NCBI GenBank assembly: GCA_964016885.1
Contig: OZ024741.1
Span: 237,336,001-237,400,000 of the forward strand
From: Eledone cirrhosa
Taxonomy: Eukaryota
DNA: 64,000 bases
Direction: 5' to 3'
Shown piece by piece: positions 1 through 13,570 of this stretch; position 1 is the stretch's first letter, and every line of letters begins with the position of its first letter. The notes under the pieces are model-generated. The model ran no database searches. It worked only from the letters and a program-made list of their open reading frames with translations, and was not told the DNA's origin. The position numbers were made by a program, and so were the translations under genes.

Positions 1-879
1 TAGTGCCTGTTGTTGCTGTTGTTTTGTGGTGTCTGTAATCTTATTATATGATAAATATAACTAAACACCATGCTTCTATAACTGTTAAGTCATCTGTAAT
101 TAGAATGTCCCTATAGTTAGTAAGTGATTACAAACTGACAGTTACTGTTGTAATTGATGATGATGATGATCACCTGCAATCAACAAGTTATCATTGTGAC
201 CAGGTAGCACTGATTGTTCCTTTTAATGACATCAGACACCAAACAGATTTGAACAGAAATTTGTGCATTAAAAATAAAAGAATGTAACACTTCCACAGTC
301 AATTTTCAATTTGTAGCCAATTGGGATGATATCACACACAACATGGTATCGTGGTATATCCTACCAGTATCCAATGTTCATCATGATATCATGTGATATA
401 TATCTCAACAGTATCCAATTTCCAACAAACTCACTACTAATCAGCATCTGTAATTGATAAAAAAAAACCATGGTTATTTAACAAATGAAAAGGGGGCCAT
501 AGTGAGGTAGAGATGGTTAGATGTTGTATTAAATATCAAAGATGACAGATACTCTATGATGAGTGTTCAATTGAATATGCAACTCATTAAATTAATGTTT
601 AAGTGGCTGAATATTTCACAGACACATTGAATTAGCATGATGTAACAAGACTGGGCCTTTGAATTACAAATACAATTCATTCTATAGGTTTCCCTAATTT
701 CCATCCATCCAGTTTCATTCACAAAGCTTGAGTAGACTCAAGGCTACAGTAAAAGTCACTTCCGCAATATGCCACACAGAAGTATAAAATCCAGGACCAT
801 TGGATTGCAAAATGAACTTCTTAATCAATCAGCCATACATACATTTACATAAAACAAGTATGCAAACTATGGGTACACA

Positions 880-1950
880 AGAGATATAGTGGGATCTCAG
901 GAAGTTTAGCTAAAGATATAGGTTTTACATGAAGCCATTGAATCAGAGCAGTAAGCAGCAAACAACCACAGGAAACAAGCACTATCAAATTCCAGGAAGG
1001 TTTAGTAGATGTAGTAGACAGCTTCTGCTACCTGGGTGACCAAATTAGCAGCGGGGGTGGATGTTCTGAAAGTACAGCAACCAGAGTGAGAATGGGATAG
1101 AAGAAGTTCAGAGAGCTACTGCTAATGCTAGCTACAAAAGGCTTTTCCTTCAAAATGAAAGGCAGACTGTATGATGTGTGCATACGAACAGCAATGTTGC
1201 ATGGTAGTGAGAACTGGACGCTGTGTGCAAAAGACTTGCGTAGATTGGAAAGAAATGAAACTTGTATGCTCAGTTGGATGTGTAATAGTAATTTACATGA
1301 ACGGCAAAGCATCAACGAACTGAGAGAGGAATTGAATGCAGTGTACCAGAGAGGAGACTACGTTGGTATGGACATGTAATGCATATGAAGGATGACAGCT
1401 GTATAAAAAGGTGCAGAGCACTCAAAGTTGATGGAAGCCTTAGAGTGGGGAGACCCAGGAAGACTTGGGATGAGGTGATAAAAGCTGACCTTACTCAATT
1501 TCACTTCTCAAAGACGATGGCACAGGACCGGGATCTCTGGCGTTATGCAGTAATACAGAAGACTCGCCTTCCCATGGGTACAAGTTGAAGCATACATATA
1601 TATAGTATGCACCACCCACACCCCACCTTCCCATACCTCTCTAATGAGGACAGGCTGTAGCATACATCCAGTGAAGCCTCAAGCCCACACTGTAAAGTGA
1701 TAGTGTAGGTGTCACTACAAAATGCACCCAATCCACTGTAAAGTGGTCATGTCGGTGTCACGACAAAAAGCATCCAGCATACACTGTAAATGTGGTTGAC
1801 ATTAGGAAGGACATCCAGCAGTAGAAACAAAGCCAGAAACAGTTCTATGTGAGCAAGGTATGGTCACCTGACCCAACTTGCCCCAAACGGAACAACTCGT
1901 CTAACCCATGCTAGCGTGGAACGTTGGACGTTAAACGGTGATGTTGATGA
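880..1950 (+). mobile_element. 5'-truncated, decayed RTE-clade LINE (C-terminal RT region plus 3' UTR)
   Basis: Disrupted frames read VVDSFCYLGDQISSGGGCSES, LATKGFSFKMKGRLYDVCIRTAMLHGSENW and GRPRKTWDEVI..DRDLWR. The 3' end CCCATGCTAGCGTGGAACGTTGGACGTTAAACGGTGATGTTGATGA has a (TGA)n-like tail. Confidence 0.85.
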
Positions 1951-2487
1951 TATATATATATTAGGTGATTCAGTAGATTCGTCGTTTAGTGAGGAAAGTA
2001 CCAATATTAGCACTCTATGCTATTGCAGAGTTTATATATTAAGAAAAACAAAACGAGGTTTCACAGATAGATGGCTCATGAGCGAAACGTTAGTAACAGA
2101 GCCTAATCAATAAAAACTTCAAAGTGAAACATCATTTTTGTTCTTCTATTTATATATATATATGAGCCTACAGTAACTGGACATTACAATCCCTATATAT
2201 ATATATGTGTGTGTGTGTGTGAGAGAGAGAGGAAGAGGGAGAGAGGGTATACTGACCGCACCCTTCCTTATTCTCTCCAAGCACGAAATGAACATTGATT
2301 TAGTAGACATAAAACTGTAGTGATTTAATTGGTTGAACAGAAATATAATAACTAGGCATTTTAAGACAAGACATAAATGGAGGTATAAGAAGTCTTTTCT
2401 TTTCTTTTAAGAATATAATAGAGAAATTGACAATCGACTTCACTTTCAAGTAAAAGTTAATCCGCCTTGTGGTCCCAGCGGACATTA

Positions 2488-2680
2488 TGGAGTCGGTGGA
2501 TTGGCAGTATCGGTAGAGGTTCGGACGCCATACTTTCCAGCATAGTTACGTCCCTTTACGATCTGAGTTCAAATCCCGCCGAGGTTGACTTTGCCTTTCA
2601 TCCTTACGGGGTCGATAAAATAAAAGTACCAGTAATGTACTGGTTAATTGCTGGCCTTGTGCCTAAAGTAGAAACAATTA
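2488..2680 (+). mobile_element. tRNA-derived SINE with Meta-domain-like core
   Basis: B-box-like GAGTTCAAATCCC followed by GACTTTGCCTTTCATCCTTACGGGGTCGATAAAATAAAAGTACCAGT. Related copies lie at about 28085, 31755, 46150(-), 53235, 56290-56690(-) and 62400. Confidence 0.75.
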
Positions 2681-2830
2681 TGGAGTAGACGTTGCCCCGG
2701 GGAATGGCGAGTAAGACGCGCTGGAACAATCATTTCAACTCACGGGGCTCGCTTTTGCAGGTAGCCAACTCGGCCTCGATAGCAGTGAGTAGGGATGTGA
2801 TTTGGTGGCCAAGAACGCCGGCCGAGTTGT
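2678..2830 (-). mobile_element. CRE-like non-LTR retrotransposon fragment (C-terminal restriction-like endonuclease region)
   Basis: Minus strand reads SAGVLGHQITSLLTAIEAELATCKSEPRELK*LFQRVLLAIPRGNV, matching the EPRE..LFQRxSxAIxRGNA terminus of CRE-type elements. Confidence 0.6.
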
Positions 2831-3283
2831 TATGCCCCACCACCACACATTCAGACAATCCAATGCGGTCCGTAACCCTAACTCTAATCCTAATTGAAGT
2901 TTTGAAAAGAAAAAAAACACTAGTAATATTTTATGTTTCAAATGAAGGGATCCGAAAAAAATATACAATGAAACAAAAAAGTTACGGAAGGTTGACATTA
3001 GAATAACCTTTTCTTTTTTTTTTTCTTTTTTTGCAGATTCGAAATCTGTTTTAAATGCAGGGATCCGGAATCCGAAAACATTAAAAGTAAATAAATAAAA
3101 ATTAAAAAAGTGGGGGGGGGGGGGATCCGACATTGCAGCATTATTTAAATGTCTGTAAGTTGTTCTATGAATATGACATCCTCCGAGATGGTTACAACTA
3201 ACAAGTATTGCAATTAGGTGAAAACAAGTAAAAAAAGACCGGGTTGGGGGGGGGGGGGTTTAATAATTTTATGGTCTACTTTA

Positions 3284-3321
<38 letters not shown>

Positions 3322-3563
3322 AGAGTGACAGAGTGAGACAGAGAGGGGTTTGAGAAGCAAATATCCAGAGAGAGGGTGAGCATAAGATGTGCAGTTAAAC
3401 TGCAAGAGGATGAAATGCAGTTATAATACATCAGGGCTGTTTATGATCTCAAACCCTCCTCTGCTGCTTACCACTCTTCCATACTTAATTCACACGTGCA
3501 CCTCTCTCTATATATATTATGCTTTTCTGCCCTACTGTTGAGATCCTACCGTTATGTATGTGT

Positions 3564-3615
<52 letters not shown>

Positions 3616-3824
3616 ACGTAGAGATGTGTGCGCGCGCAACTATTTAGCACGCACGCACACACATAGACAACTACACCCACTTATATACTTTAAACACTTG
3701 TTATGATAATGAAGCATTTAGATATTATACACAGAAATACAAAGAGGGACAAAAAAGGAGAAGGAAGTATGCATACGAAAGAGAAAATGTCATATCAATG
3801 TGTCTGTCTGTGTGTGTGTAGATG

Positions 3825-3859
<35 letters not shown>

Positions 3860-4943
3860 CATACATACAAAGGATCCGGCTGAGATATTTAAATTAGGGG
3901 AAGCTAATAAATATAAGAGTATAACTCACTGTATTGAATGTGACGGGGGTCGAGGCTGTCATATACGACTTCTGGATCCTTCATGAATAGGGTGTAAGCA
4001 AGCTTTGTGGAAGAATTACTTACTAGACATGAAAATTAATTTACCAGCTTTAACAACAAAAGAAATCGGTGTCTTTGCTACATAGGTTCCTGATAGATTT
4101 ACACTCTGACATCAAACTTTAATTTTTTCTCTCACGTAAACTTTTATCTTTATTTACTTTGCCAAACTTCTGCGTCGTCCATTTCAGTGTTGCTTCGCAT
4201 CACTCGACTTTATTGTAAGCTGACAATTCGACATAATTATTCAATTCATGACACAACACGCAATCTTTTTTACAGAGTCAATTATTTCTAATACTTACCG
4301 TGTGTGTGGGTGAGATAAGTTACAAAAGATAACTGTACATCTTACCTATCTATACATACAGTATATAAAAATATATATTATCTCCCTTTGTTACTCTAAC
4401 GTCAATTGGCTGTTCAGCAACCGGTTATGTTGTGCCGCTAACTTAAATAGTAAAGTATAGTCATATTGAAGAGTAATAATTAAATAATTTCTAATGACTA
4501 AGTTGTGTTATATTTTATTATCAGCAATCACAATTAACCAATTACTTTTTTACTTAAAAAACTCAACAATCTCTGGGCAAAACTTCGGAAATAGAAATAT
4601 TTGGACAGACCACAATATATTTCTCCCTCTTATAACCACTACTATACTAATATTTTTAGCTATAAAATGTTCCCTATCTCGATATGATAGAGTTTAAATA
4701 AACGAGGTCAGACCCAGGTTTGTTACGATAAATACAATTGTCCCAAATAAACATTTGTTATAAGTAACCCTTTTTATAATTTAGTTGGCATGACTGTTAA
4801 TGAAGGTATCAGAAAATTTAAGATCGATACCAACGATTTTTCTAATTATGTATATATATATAGCTATTACCCACTCTACTACCCTAAGTATTGAGTACTC
4901 AGGTGTGTTATGGTCCATCTGGTTCCTTACCACAATCCCTTCG

Positions 4944-5003
<60 letters not shown>

Positions 5004-5454
5004 GTCTTGATTTTTTTTTTAATTGAGTTTGAATTATTTTCCCATATCTTACGTTAAATATTTTCCATTTTGACGTTATAGTCACTTATATATTATGAAA
5101 TACTGTTGGCTTCTTGCTCACATTAATTTCTCTATTTTCATTTTTATATATATATATATATATATGCGTGTGTGTGAGTACACCGACATATATATATATA
5201 CGCACATATATATATATGGTGTGGATTTTATTCACAGTTGTGTAAATAACATTACAAATTATTTATAATTATTACAGAGTGAAAATATAAACACATATAA
5301 TAAATACCATTAATTATTGCTAGGAACCTCACAAATATAATGCGCAAAAATATAAGATGAAATCGAGAGAAAAAAACAAAAAAAAAACAATCAATTCACT
5401 ACCAAGTGCGAGCGTCAATTGGTCGCATACCACAAGGAACAACGCAAATTTTTT

Positions 5455-5668
5455 AGGAAAGCCAACACGCTCGCAGCATTACTGCGGTTGATGGCGAGGC
5501 TAAGACGCTGAAACAGCCAGGCACCCTCACGGGCATCACCTGACACCTCGGTAAGGCGAGCCGCAAACAATGACAAATACTTCGTTGTCAACGGCCCAGC
5601 TCGACCAAGCGTCTAGAATGCCACAGGCTGGAAAAATAGTTATTTGATAGTTGCCGGTATTTTAGGAT
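5455..5668 (-). mobile_element. CRE-like non-LTR retrotransposon 3' fragment
   Basis: With disruptions, minus strand reads KYRQLSN..FQPVAF.TLGRAGPLTTKYLSLFAARLTEVSGDAREGAWLFQRLSLAINRSNAASVL. Confidence 0.7.
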
Positions 5669-5725
5669 TATATATATATAATACGATATATTAACAAATG
5701 GAAACTATATTTATAAAACCATATT

Positions 5726-5790
5726 TATTTCATTATACATATTTCAAAGACACCAAGTTAAATTATGGTGTGCTTTCATCAGATAAAATA
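5726..5790 (-). ncRNA. Type I hammerhead ribozyme (family B1, inverted copy)
   Basis: Exact reverse complement of 5897-5961. Confidence 0.75.
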
Positions 5791-5896
5791 TAATATAGAT
5801 CTGTTGGAAGCTCCCGGATATCCGGGAGCTTCCAACAGAAATGGTCGCATTCTTTAAGGATATGTCAATACTTATTTATAAAACTGATCTATATTA

Positions 5897-5961
5897 TATT
5901 TTATCTGATGAAAGCACACCATAATTTAACTTGGTGTCTTTGAAATATGTATAATGAAATA
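5897..5961 (+). ncRNA. Type I hammerhead ribozyme (family B1)
   Basis: Stem I TATTTTAT/ATGAAATA, core CTGATGA, stem II AAG-C-ACACCA..TGGTGT-C-TTT, then GAAAT-ATGT-ATA (AUA cleavage triplet). Confidence 0.8.
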
Positions 5962-6228
5962 AATATGGTTTTATAAATATAGTTTCCATTTGTTAATATA
6001 TCGTATTTTTACTCCAATAATTTACATACACTTTTTCACTATACGTATACATATGAGCATACACTTTTATGCACATCTGTGAGCGTATTTACATACATAT
6101 ATACACACCTAACTGTATTTTCTTGATAAATTTTTATGTATCTCAATCTTTATTTCATTGGTCTATTCAAAATCTGTTCCCAAACAGACCTATTATTTTG
6201 AATTGTTGTTATTATCAATAAACAAGCA

Positions 6229-6369
6229 TCATTATTTCTGAAGACAGCATATATATGTGAAGGTATGTATATTCTCTCTGATAGTTTGTATAATTTTGTA
6301 CATTGATCTTTTGAATATGCATACCAATTCTAACACATATATGTCCTAGAAACGATCGTAAAATAATGA
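6229..6369 (+). ncRNA. Type I hammerhead ribozyme with long stem/loop II insertion (family B2)
   Basis: 9-bp stem I TCATTATTT/AAATAATGA, core CTGAAGA, stem II ATATATATGTG/CACATATATGT, and GAAAC-GATC-GTA with a palindromic stem III. Confidence 0.75.
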
Positions 6370-6426
6370 ACTTTTTTTGTTTAATATAAGGAACTGTTTC
6401 TTTGTTTATTCATTATTTTTTTAATA

Positions 6427-6519
<93 letters not shown>

Positions 6520-6639
6520 TTACGTATCGAGAGAGAGAGGAGGGATTGGCGATACATGTAGTTATTTGCCAATAACGTATGCAGAGGATGCTCAATACCA
6601 CTGCCGGCAGTGTTAAATATTAGAAGTGTTAATATCTAG

Positions 6640-8756
6640 TGGGCTATGCAATCCCACATCATCAACACGAGCGAAACAACACCACAAACACACGAGGACA
6701 GGGAAAAGATCCTCAATGCTCACATGATGTTGTGGACTGACATCCTAAAACCAAGTAGACGCACAGCCAATAATTTCCAAGCTTCTAACAATGACATACC
6801 ACTCTTGTATGGACTCCGCAAAGACCATAAAATAACTAACGACCCACCAACAAGCCCTGTAAGCGGAGCCAATATTGCTAGTAACTACAGCATCTCCTAC
6901 TTCCTCTCTATGATTATACGCCCCATAATGAAAATGTCCCCAGATATATGTGACAGCACAGAGGACCTCCTCTGTAGAATCAATGAATGCAACAACAACG
7001 AAAACTTAACAAACTGCATAATAGGCAGTATGGATGTAGTATCCCTGAACCCATTCATTGACATTGATTTTGCCGTGGGAAAATGTGTGGAAATAATCAG
7101 TGAATGAAGTAGAGATCTGCGACGTTGACACAGATGAATTGGGCCTCCTACTTAGACTTACATATGACAATGAATACTTAAATAATCATGACCTTAGCAG
7201 TTTCTGCCCTAGTGGGCCAATAAGAGGTAGACATCCCCTCACACACACACCATAACTTCAATGGCTAAACAGACTCCTATAGGAAGATGGAATGGATGGA
7301 CCAAAGCCATATGGACACCCAAGAACAATGATCAGGTGAGAAAAATGGTCGCATATGCTGTAGTGGCTAGTATTAAAACTATCCTAAAGGGCCACATGTT
7401 TAGATTTTATGAGAAAATCTACATCCAGAATGAGGGAGCAGCCATTGGCGTTAGCATAGCTGGCGATGTTGCCAACCTATTTATGGTATGGTGGGAAAGG
7501 AGACTCAGAGAACTCCCAGAAGAGAACTCCATTACCCTCGTCATGTACTCTCGTTACGTAGACTATATCAATATAATAATAACAACACCCCTACAAGAGA
7601 ATACCAATAAACCTGTTTAATATTCTGATCGCAGACTTGGTAAGAGTGATGAAGAATGTGTCCCGCATGTGCGATCCAACTGAAATGGAAAGATACATCC
7701 AACACTTCATCAATCGTATGCAGTTCTCTGGCTACAACCAACGAAACAGAATCAGAGTGTGCAAAGGAGCCATGGAAAAATATAAGACCCTCATAGAAAT
7801 GGACATGAAAGGGATTTGCTCATTGTACAGGAGAAAATCATGGAATAGCATAGATAGGACTAAACATAAGAGAGGGAAAGCCACTTCCTGGCACGACAAC
7901 CAGAGATACCAGAGTGTCATGTTCGTGGATGTAACCCCTGGAGGGAAATTAGCTAACCAATTTAGAAAGGCCCTAAGGAAGGCGCATCTAAAGATTAAAG
8001 TGGTAGAAAAGCCAGGAACTACCATAAAATCCCTGACCAGCAAGCCAGAAAACCCACTGCACGAATAAGAAATGTGTTATATGTAGAATAAATTCTCAAA
8101 TAAATTGTAAAACTAGAAATGTAGTCTATAGTTAAGATGTACAGAGGGTACTTGCAGAAACATGACGACATACATAGGTGAGACAGCTCGAAGCACAGGA
8201 GAAAGAATAGACCAATACTGGGGGGAACTAAAAGAACAAAAAACGGCTCAGTACTATATGAACATGCCAGACAAAGGCATGGCGGTAATATAGACAACAT
8301 AGAAATTAAAATAATATCCAAGCATAGAAATGACTCAACAGGTAGGCAAATCAGAGAAGCAACTGAAATAGAACTAAGAAAACCAATGTTGAACAGAAAA
8401 AACGAATGGAATAACAACAACGACCATACCCAAACACACAATTCTGACCTAAGGTAAATATAAATAAAAAAATATACACAAGTACAATAACAACAACCAC
8501 ACATACTAGTGAACAATAACAACAACCACACATACTAGTGAACAAAGATAGAATACAAACACACATAGACTCAGACATGAACACACACACCAAACAGAAA
8601 ACACACACGCAAACGCATGTGCAAACAGAGACAGAGACAAAAATAAATAAATAAATAAAATAAAAATAAAGTAGACATTACAATACAACGGGAGAAAAAA
8701 AAATAGTACCCCTGATGATGTCACAGGTGTGTGATGAAAGAACTTTGATATACTAT
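6640..8756 (+). mobile_element. Decayed Penelope-like retroelement, family A (RT + GIY-YIG endonuclease + HHR-bearing 3' end)
   Basis: RT motifs SMDVVSL, YIQNEGAAIG..A.LFM and YSRYVD; linker VMFVDVTPGG..IKVVEKPG; frameshifted GIY-YIG (CKTRNVVY..YIGETARS) at about 8100-8400. Multiple stops and frameshifts. Confidence 0.9.
8703..8756 (+). ncRNA. Minimal type I hammerhead motif at 3' end of PLE family A
   Basis: CTGATGA-T-GTCACA-ggtg-TGTGAT-GAAA-GAAC-TT, with an imperfect stem I ATAGTA/TACTAT. Confidence 0.6.
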
Positions 8757-9060
8757 ATATATATATTTATATCTGTATTTTTAATCGTTGGTCAATTAAT
8801 GATAAACATTGATTGCCAGATAAATTAACTATGAAGATATAAAAGATATAGAAGCGAAAATCAATCCAAACCAAACAGTGAGTGTGTTTTATTATTATTT
8901 CTGGCAATATTATAACACTATGACCCTCTCTAAATACAACTATATATATATAACTTATTCAACTTCATATGCAAATGAGATTAATCACCTCATTTACATA
9001 GACGAGAAACCCATATATTCTCGCCCGTTTTCAAGTCCAGCAGTCGCAAGCGTGAGAGGG

Positions 9061-9104
9061 ATCGTCCTGATGAGAACCAGTTAAGTTCGAAATGCATTGA
9101 CGAT
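9061..9104 (+). ncRNA. Minimal type I hammerhead ribozyme with palindromic loop III
   Basis: ATCGTC-CTGATGA-GAAC-cagttaa-GTTC-GAAA-TGCA-TT-GACGAT: perfect 6-bp stem I, 4-bp stem II, A-TGCA-T palindromic stem III. Confidence 0.85.
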
Positions 9105-9235
9105 TGTCCCCCTTGCTTCTGCTGGACACCACGACTACGGTTTTCTAAATGTTTATCCATAAACATACCGTATTTCTTTAGAAATGCGAAATTTCAATAC
9201 AAAACTGTATACAGCTATGCATGAAGCTAATTCCT

Positions 9236-9308
<73 letters not shown>

Positions 9309-9500
9309 GGAGGTGAGTTTTATTGTAGTACAATAAAGCAATGCAGATATCGGATAAGAAGCACTCTACAGTTTGTAGGACTGGAGTATACATAATATAT
9401 AAGATCAAAACACAAATATTATTGCATGATGATATTTGTTTTTGAAATGCGCATAATAAAATACATGGAACTCTTTTAACCATCTTTTGATCTTATATAT

Positions 9501-9569
<69 letters not shown>

Positions 9570-10099
9570 CATATATATATACATACATAGGTACATTCAT
9601 ACATGCATATAAGATCCCGTTTAGGGTGAAGCCAATAATTTATTGCTTAAACTTTTAATTTGTACTACTACTAATATATATATATGTGCATATATATATA
9701 TATTAAAATACGGGGCTAACCGACTAGGGATATGCGGACCACATTATAGTCGGTCGACTGTGAAGCAGATAAATGAAGCGCTCAACGACCTGTCTAAATG
9801 GTACAAGCCGGAGCATTATATAGTACTAGGATTGTTTTCAATACGCTGACACGTATGTGTATATGTGCGTGCGTGTGTGTATGTGTATATGCATACATTT
9901 ATATGTATGAGTATATAAATATAGACGCGCAAAAAACAGACGCACTTACAAAAATACACACTCACAGACATACATTCACACAAACACACACATGCATTGT
10001 GTGACGGACTAACGGAAGTCGCTCAAATTTATATATATAGATTAAAAAGATCGGCGGCCATAATCAGTTGATTCAGGTTTATTTAAAACTCCGTTTATA

Positions 10100-10985
<886 letters not shown>

Positions 10986-11029
10986 AGTGCAAGAAGTGGT
11001 CAAGCTTTATATATAGAACGGTTTGTCGA

Positions 11030-12036
11030 CCTTTTGCAGATGGACATCCCAATGTGGATAGCAGATCCCTTCATAGCTAACGTCGACGATTTCGACGTTA
11101 AATTTCAGGAAGAATTAATTGAACTTCAGACAGATGACATTATCAAAATTAAATTTTCCAAAATATGTGAACCCCTTTTCGGGATGCAAGAGGAAATTCA
11201 GCGTCGATTTCCACTCCGACATGCAGAGGCTAAGAGATTTGCTTTGCCTTTTCCTAGCTCATACTTAGTCAAGGGGGGTGGGGTGGGGTGGGGGTTCCAG
11301 ACTGCATAGTAAGGCTCGCAACCGCTACAATGTGATTGCACGTGGAGATCTCCGGCTACAGCTCACGAAAATCCAGCCTCACGTCAAAGAGTTAGCTAAA
11401 CTCCATGAAGCTCAAGGGTCCCATTGATACGAGGTCAAAGTAAGTCGATTTTTTATTTGTAGTTGCAGTCTGACTGGACTGCAAACCATCTACCACAATT
11501 CACTTACTCATTTGTTGTATATATTTTACCGTTTACTAATGAATATACCCTCTTACGTGGTCATGAAAACCCTCTTGCGTGGTCTCTAAACTCACAAAGC
11601 GGAGGGGACATCAAGTTAGATATCAACATTTATTCTGTCCGTTTCATTAAAGGGAACATTGGAAAGATTGAAATAATACAATTGCCACTTTCTTCCAGAT
11701 AAGAGCACTCTTTGGATAGACAGAGTTGCTCTTGTATAAATGTTCAAAATAGCTGGTATCGTCTGGTGGGAATATAACAAATTCAACTGGTCCTTATTCA
11801 TAAAAAAGAACATTTATGTTCCTCTTTTTGAAATTTATATATTTCCTTTCAAGGAATGTATTTATACTTTCAACTGCCTGCAATGGTATCTTTGGAATAT
11901 CGTTAATCAATTTTTTTAGTAATCTACTGATATCAAAATCAGTAGTATATTGAAAAATGGAAAAATAGGGTAGGGGTCGTTTCGTGATTTTGAGGGACAA
12001 AATGGGTTTTGAGGCCGAAATGGGTTGAGAACCTTT
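11030..12036 (+). mobile_element. hAT (Buster/Charlie-like) transposon 3' remnant
   Basis: WIADPF..QEELIELQTD..LPFPSSYLV..RNR....GDLRLQLTKIQP....L....QGSH* (hATC dimerisation region). Right-end-like GGTTGAGAACCTTTG at about 12022-12036. The 11600-11990 segment may be an unrelated insertion. Confidence 0.8.
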
Positions 12037-12415
12037 GGTCTAGCGAAATAAATGGAAATTAATTTTTCCGAGTACTCTAGGAACCGAGTACTCTAGGAAC
12101 GTAGGCCCCGAGTGTGCTAGCGGGAAGTCAATCAGCTTCTACAGGCCATCGTCTATACCAAACGAATACTATTAATTCACACATGAGGGGTTTATTTACG
12201 TGCCAGCACAAGGAGGCATGATACAGATAACAGTTATCCCTAAGCCTAGAGTTTATAGGTATGAGTATAATGTGGCGGTTAAAACAGGCGGTGCAGCGGG
12301 CCCCGCGGCAAATCGAGCCGCTCCCAGTAGTTTCGTTTACCGAAAGAAGGGAAAATTTATTTCCCCAAGCACTCAAGGAAGGCTGAACTTTCCTAGCGCC
12401 CGGCGCACAGCCGGC

Positions 12416-12479
12416 AAATCCACCACAGTCGAAATCCACCACAGTCGAAATCCACCACAGTCGAAATCCACCACAGTCG
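12416..12479. repeat. Four perfect tandem copies of a 16-bp unit AAATCCACCACAGTCG
   Basis: Read directly from the sequence. Confidence 0.95.
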
Positions 12480-12552
12480 AAAGTGGTAAAACCCAATGAA
12501 AAGTCCCAATAGACTATAATTATTTTTAAGTCCCATTAAATAATTCTAGCAA

Positions 12553-13570
12553 CAAATTATGGTGTGCTTTCATCAGATAAAATATAATATAAATTTTTAT
12601 AGATAAATATTGACATACCCTTAAAGAATGCAACCATTACTGTTGGAAGCTCCCGGATATATATATATATCTAGATAAATCTACCAAAATATACGGTAGT
12701 GTCCAATCCGTATGAAGAACTCAATGTAATCCAAATATCAGGAAAAGAGAAGATGCATTCAAACATTTTCGCTAAAAATCATAGGAAAACAGAGTCAAGA
12801 TAACTACTTTTCTATTGGTCAATTCAAAACCTGTTCCCAAACAGACCTTTTATATTAAATGTTTGTTGTTTTTTTTCAATAAACAAATCTCATCATTTCT
12901 GAAGACAGCATGTATATGTGAAGGTATGTATATTTCCTCTGATAATTTGTAATATTTTTACATAGATCTATATGATATACATACTAACACACATATACAT
13001 CCTAGAAACGATCGCAAAATGATGAATTTTTTAATATAAGGAACTTGTTCTTTGTTTTTCATTGTTTTTATATATATATATATATAAAATATTAAAAAAA
13101 TAATGAAAAAAACAAAGAAACAGTATATATATGTGATGGCATATATATGTGATGGTATGTATATTCTCCTTGATAGTTTGTATAATTTTGTACATAGATC
13201 TTTTGAATATGCATGCCAATTCTAACACATATATGTCCTAGAAACGATCGTTAAATAATGAACTTTTTTTGTTTAATATAAGGAACTGTTTCTTTGTTTT
13301 ATTCATTATTTTTTTAATATTTTATCTTGACTCTGTATTCCGTTTATCTTTCACCGAAAGTGATTTTTGAATGCATCTCTTCTTTCCATGATATCCGGAT
13401 TACATTGAGTTCTTCATACAGATTGGACACTACCGTAAACTTTTGGTAGATTTATCTATATATATATATATATATCCGGAAGCTTCCAACAGTAATGGTT
13501 GCATTCTTTAAGGGTATGTCAATATTTATCTATAAAACTTTATATTATATTTTATCTGATGAAAGCACAT
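12553..13570. mobile_element. Family B double-hammerhead repeat, rearranged (inverted plus tandem pieces)
   Basis: 12553-12803 is the reverse complement of about 13320-13570. 12806-13085 and 13134-13320 both match 6155-6425. Confidence 0.8.
12890..13025 (+). ncRNA. Hammerhead motif family B2, probably inactivated (GCA at the NUH site)
   Basis: TCATCATTT-CTGAAGA..ATGTATATGTG/CACATATACAT..GAAAC-GATC-GCA-AAATGATGA. Confidence 0.65.

Larger units (their letters stand above)
5681..6425 (+). mobile_element. Non-coding double-hammerhead repeat (family B) with 5' inverted duplication
   Basis: Homologous segments at 12553-13570, 15918-16062 and 27200-27380. Contains two different HHR motifs, has no ORF, and is flanked by (TA)n. 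Confidence 0.75.

Noticed and set aside
2060-2105. GCTC-at-GAGC-GAAAC-GTTA-GTA resembles the 3' half of a hammerhead
   Set aside because: The upstream core reads CAGATAGA rather than CUGANGA and no stem I partner is visible; at best a decayed relic.
2872-2893. TAACCCTAACTCTAATCCTAA, telomere-like
   Set aside because: Only three degenerate units inside a small repeat; not a telomere or a meaningful interstitial array.
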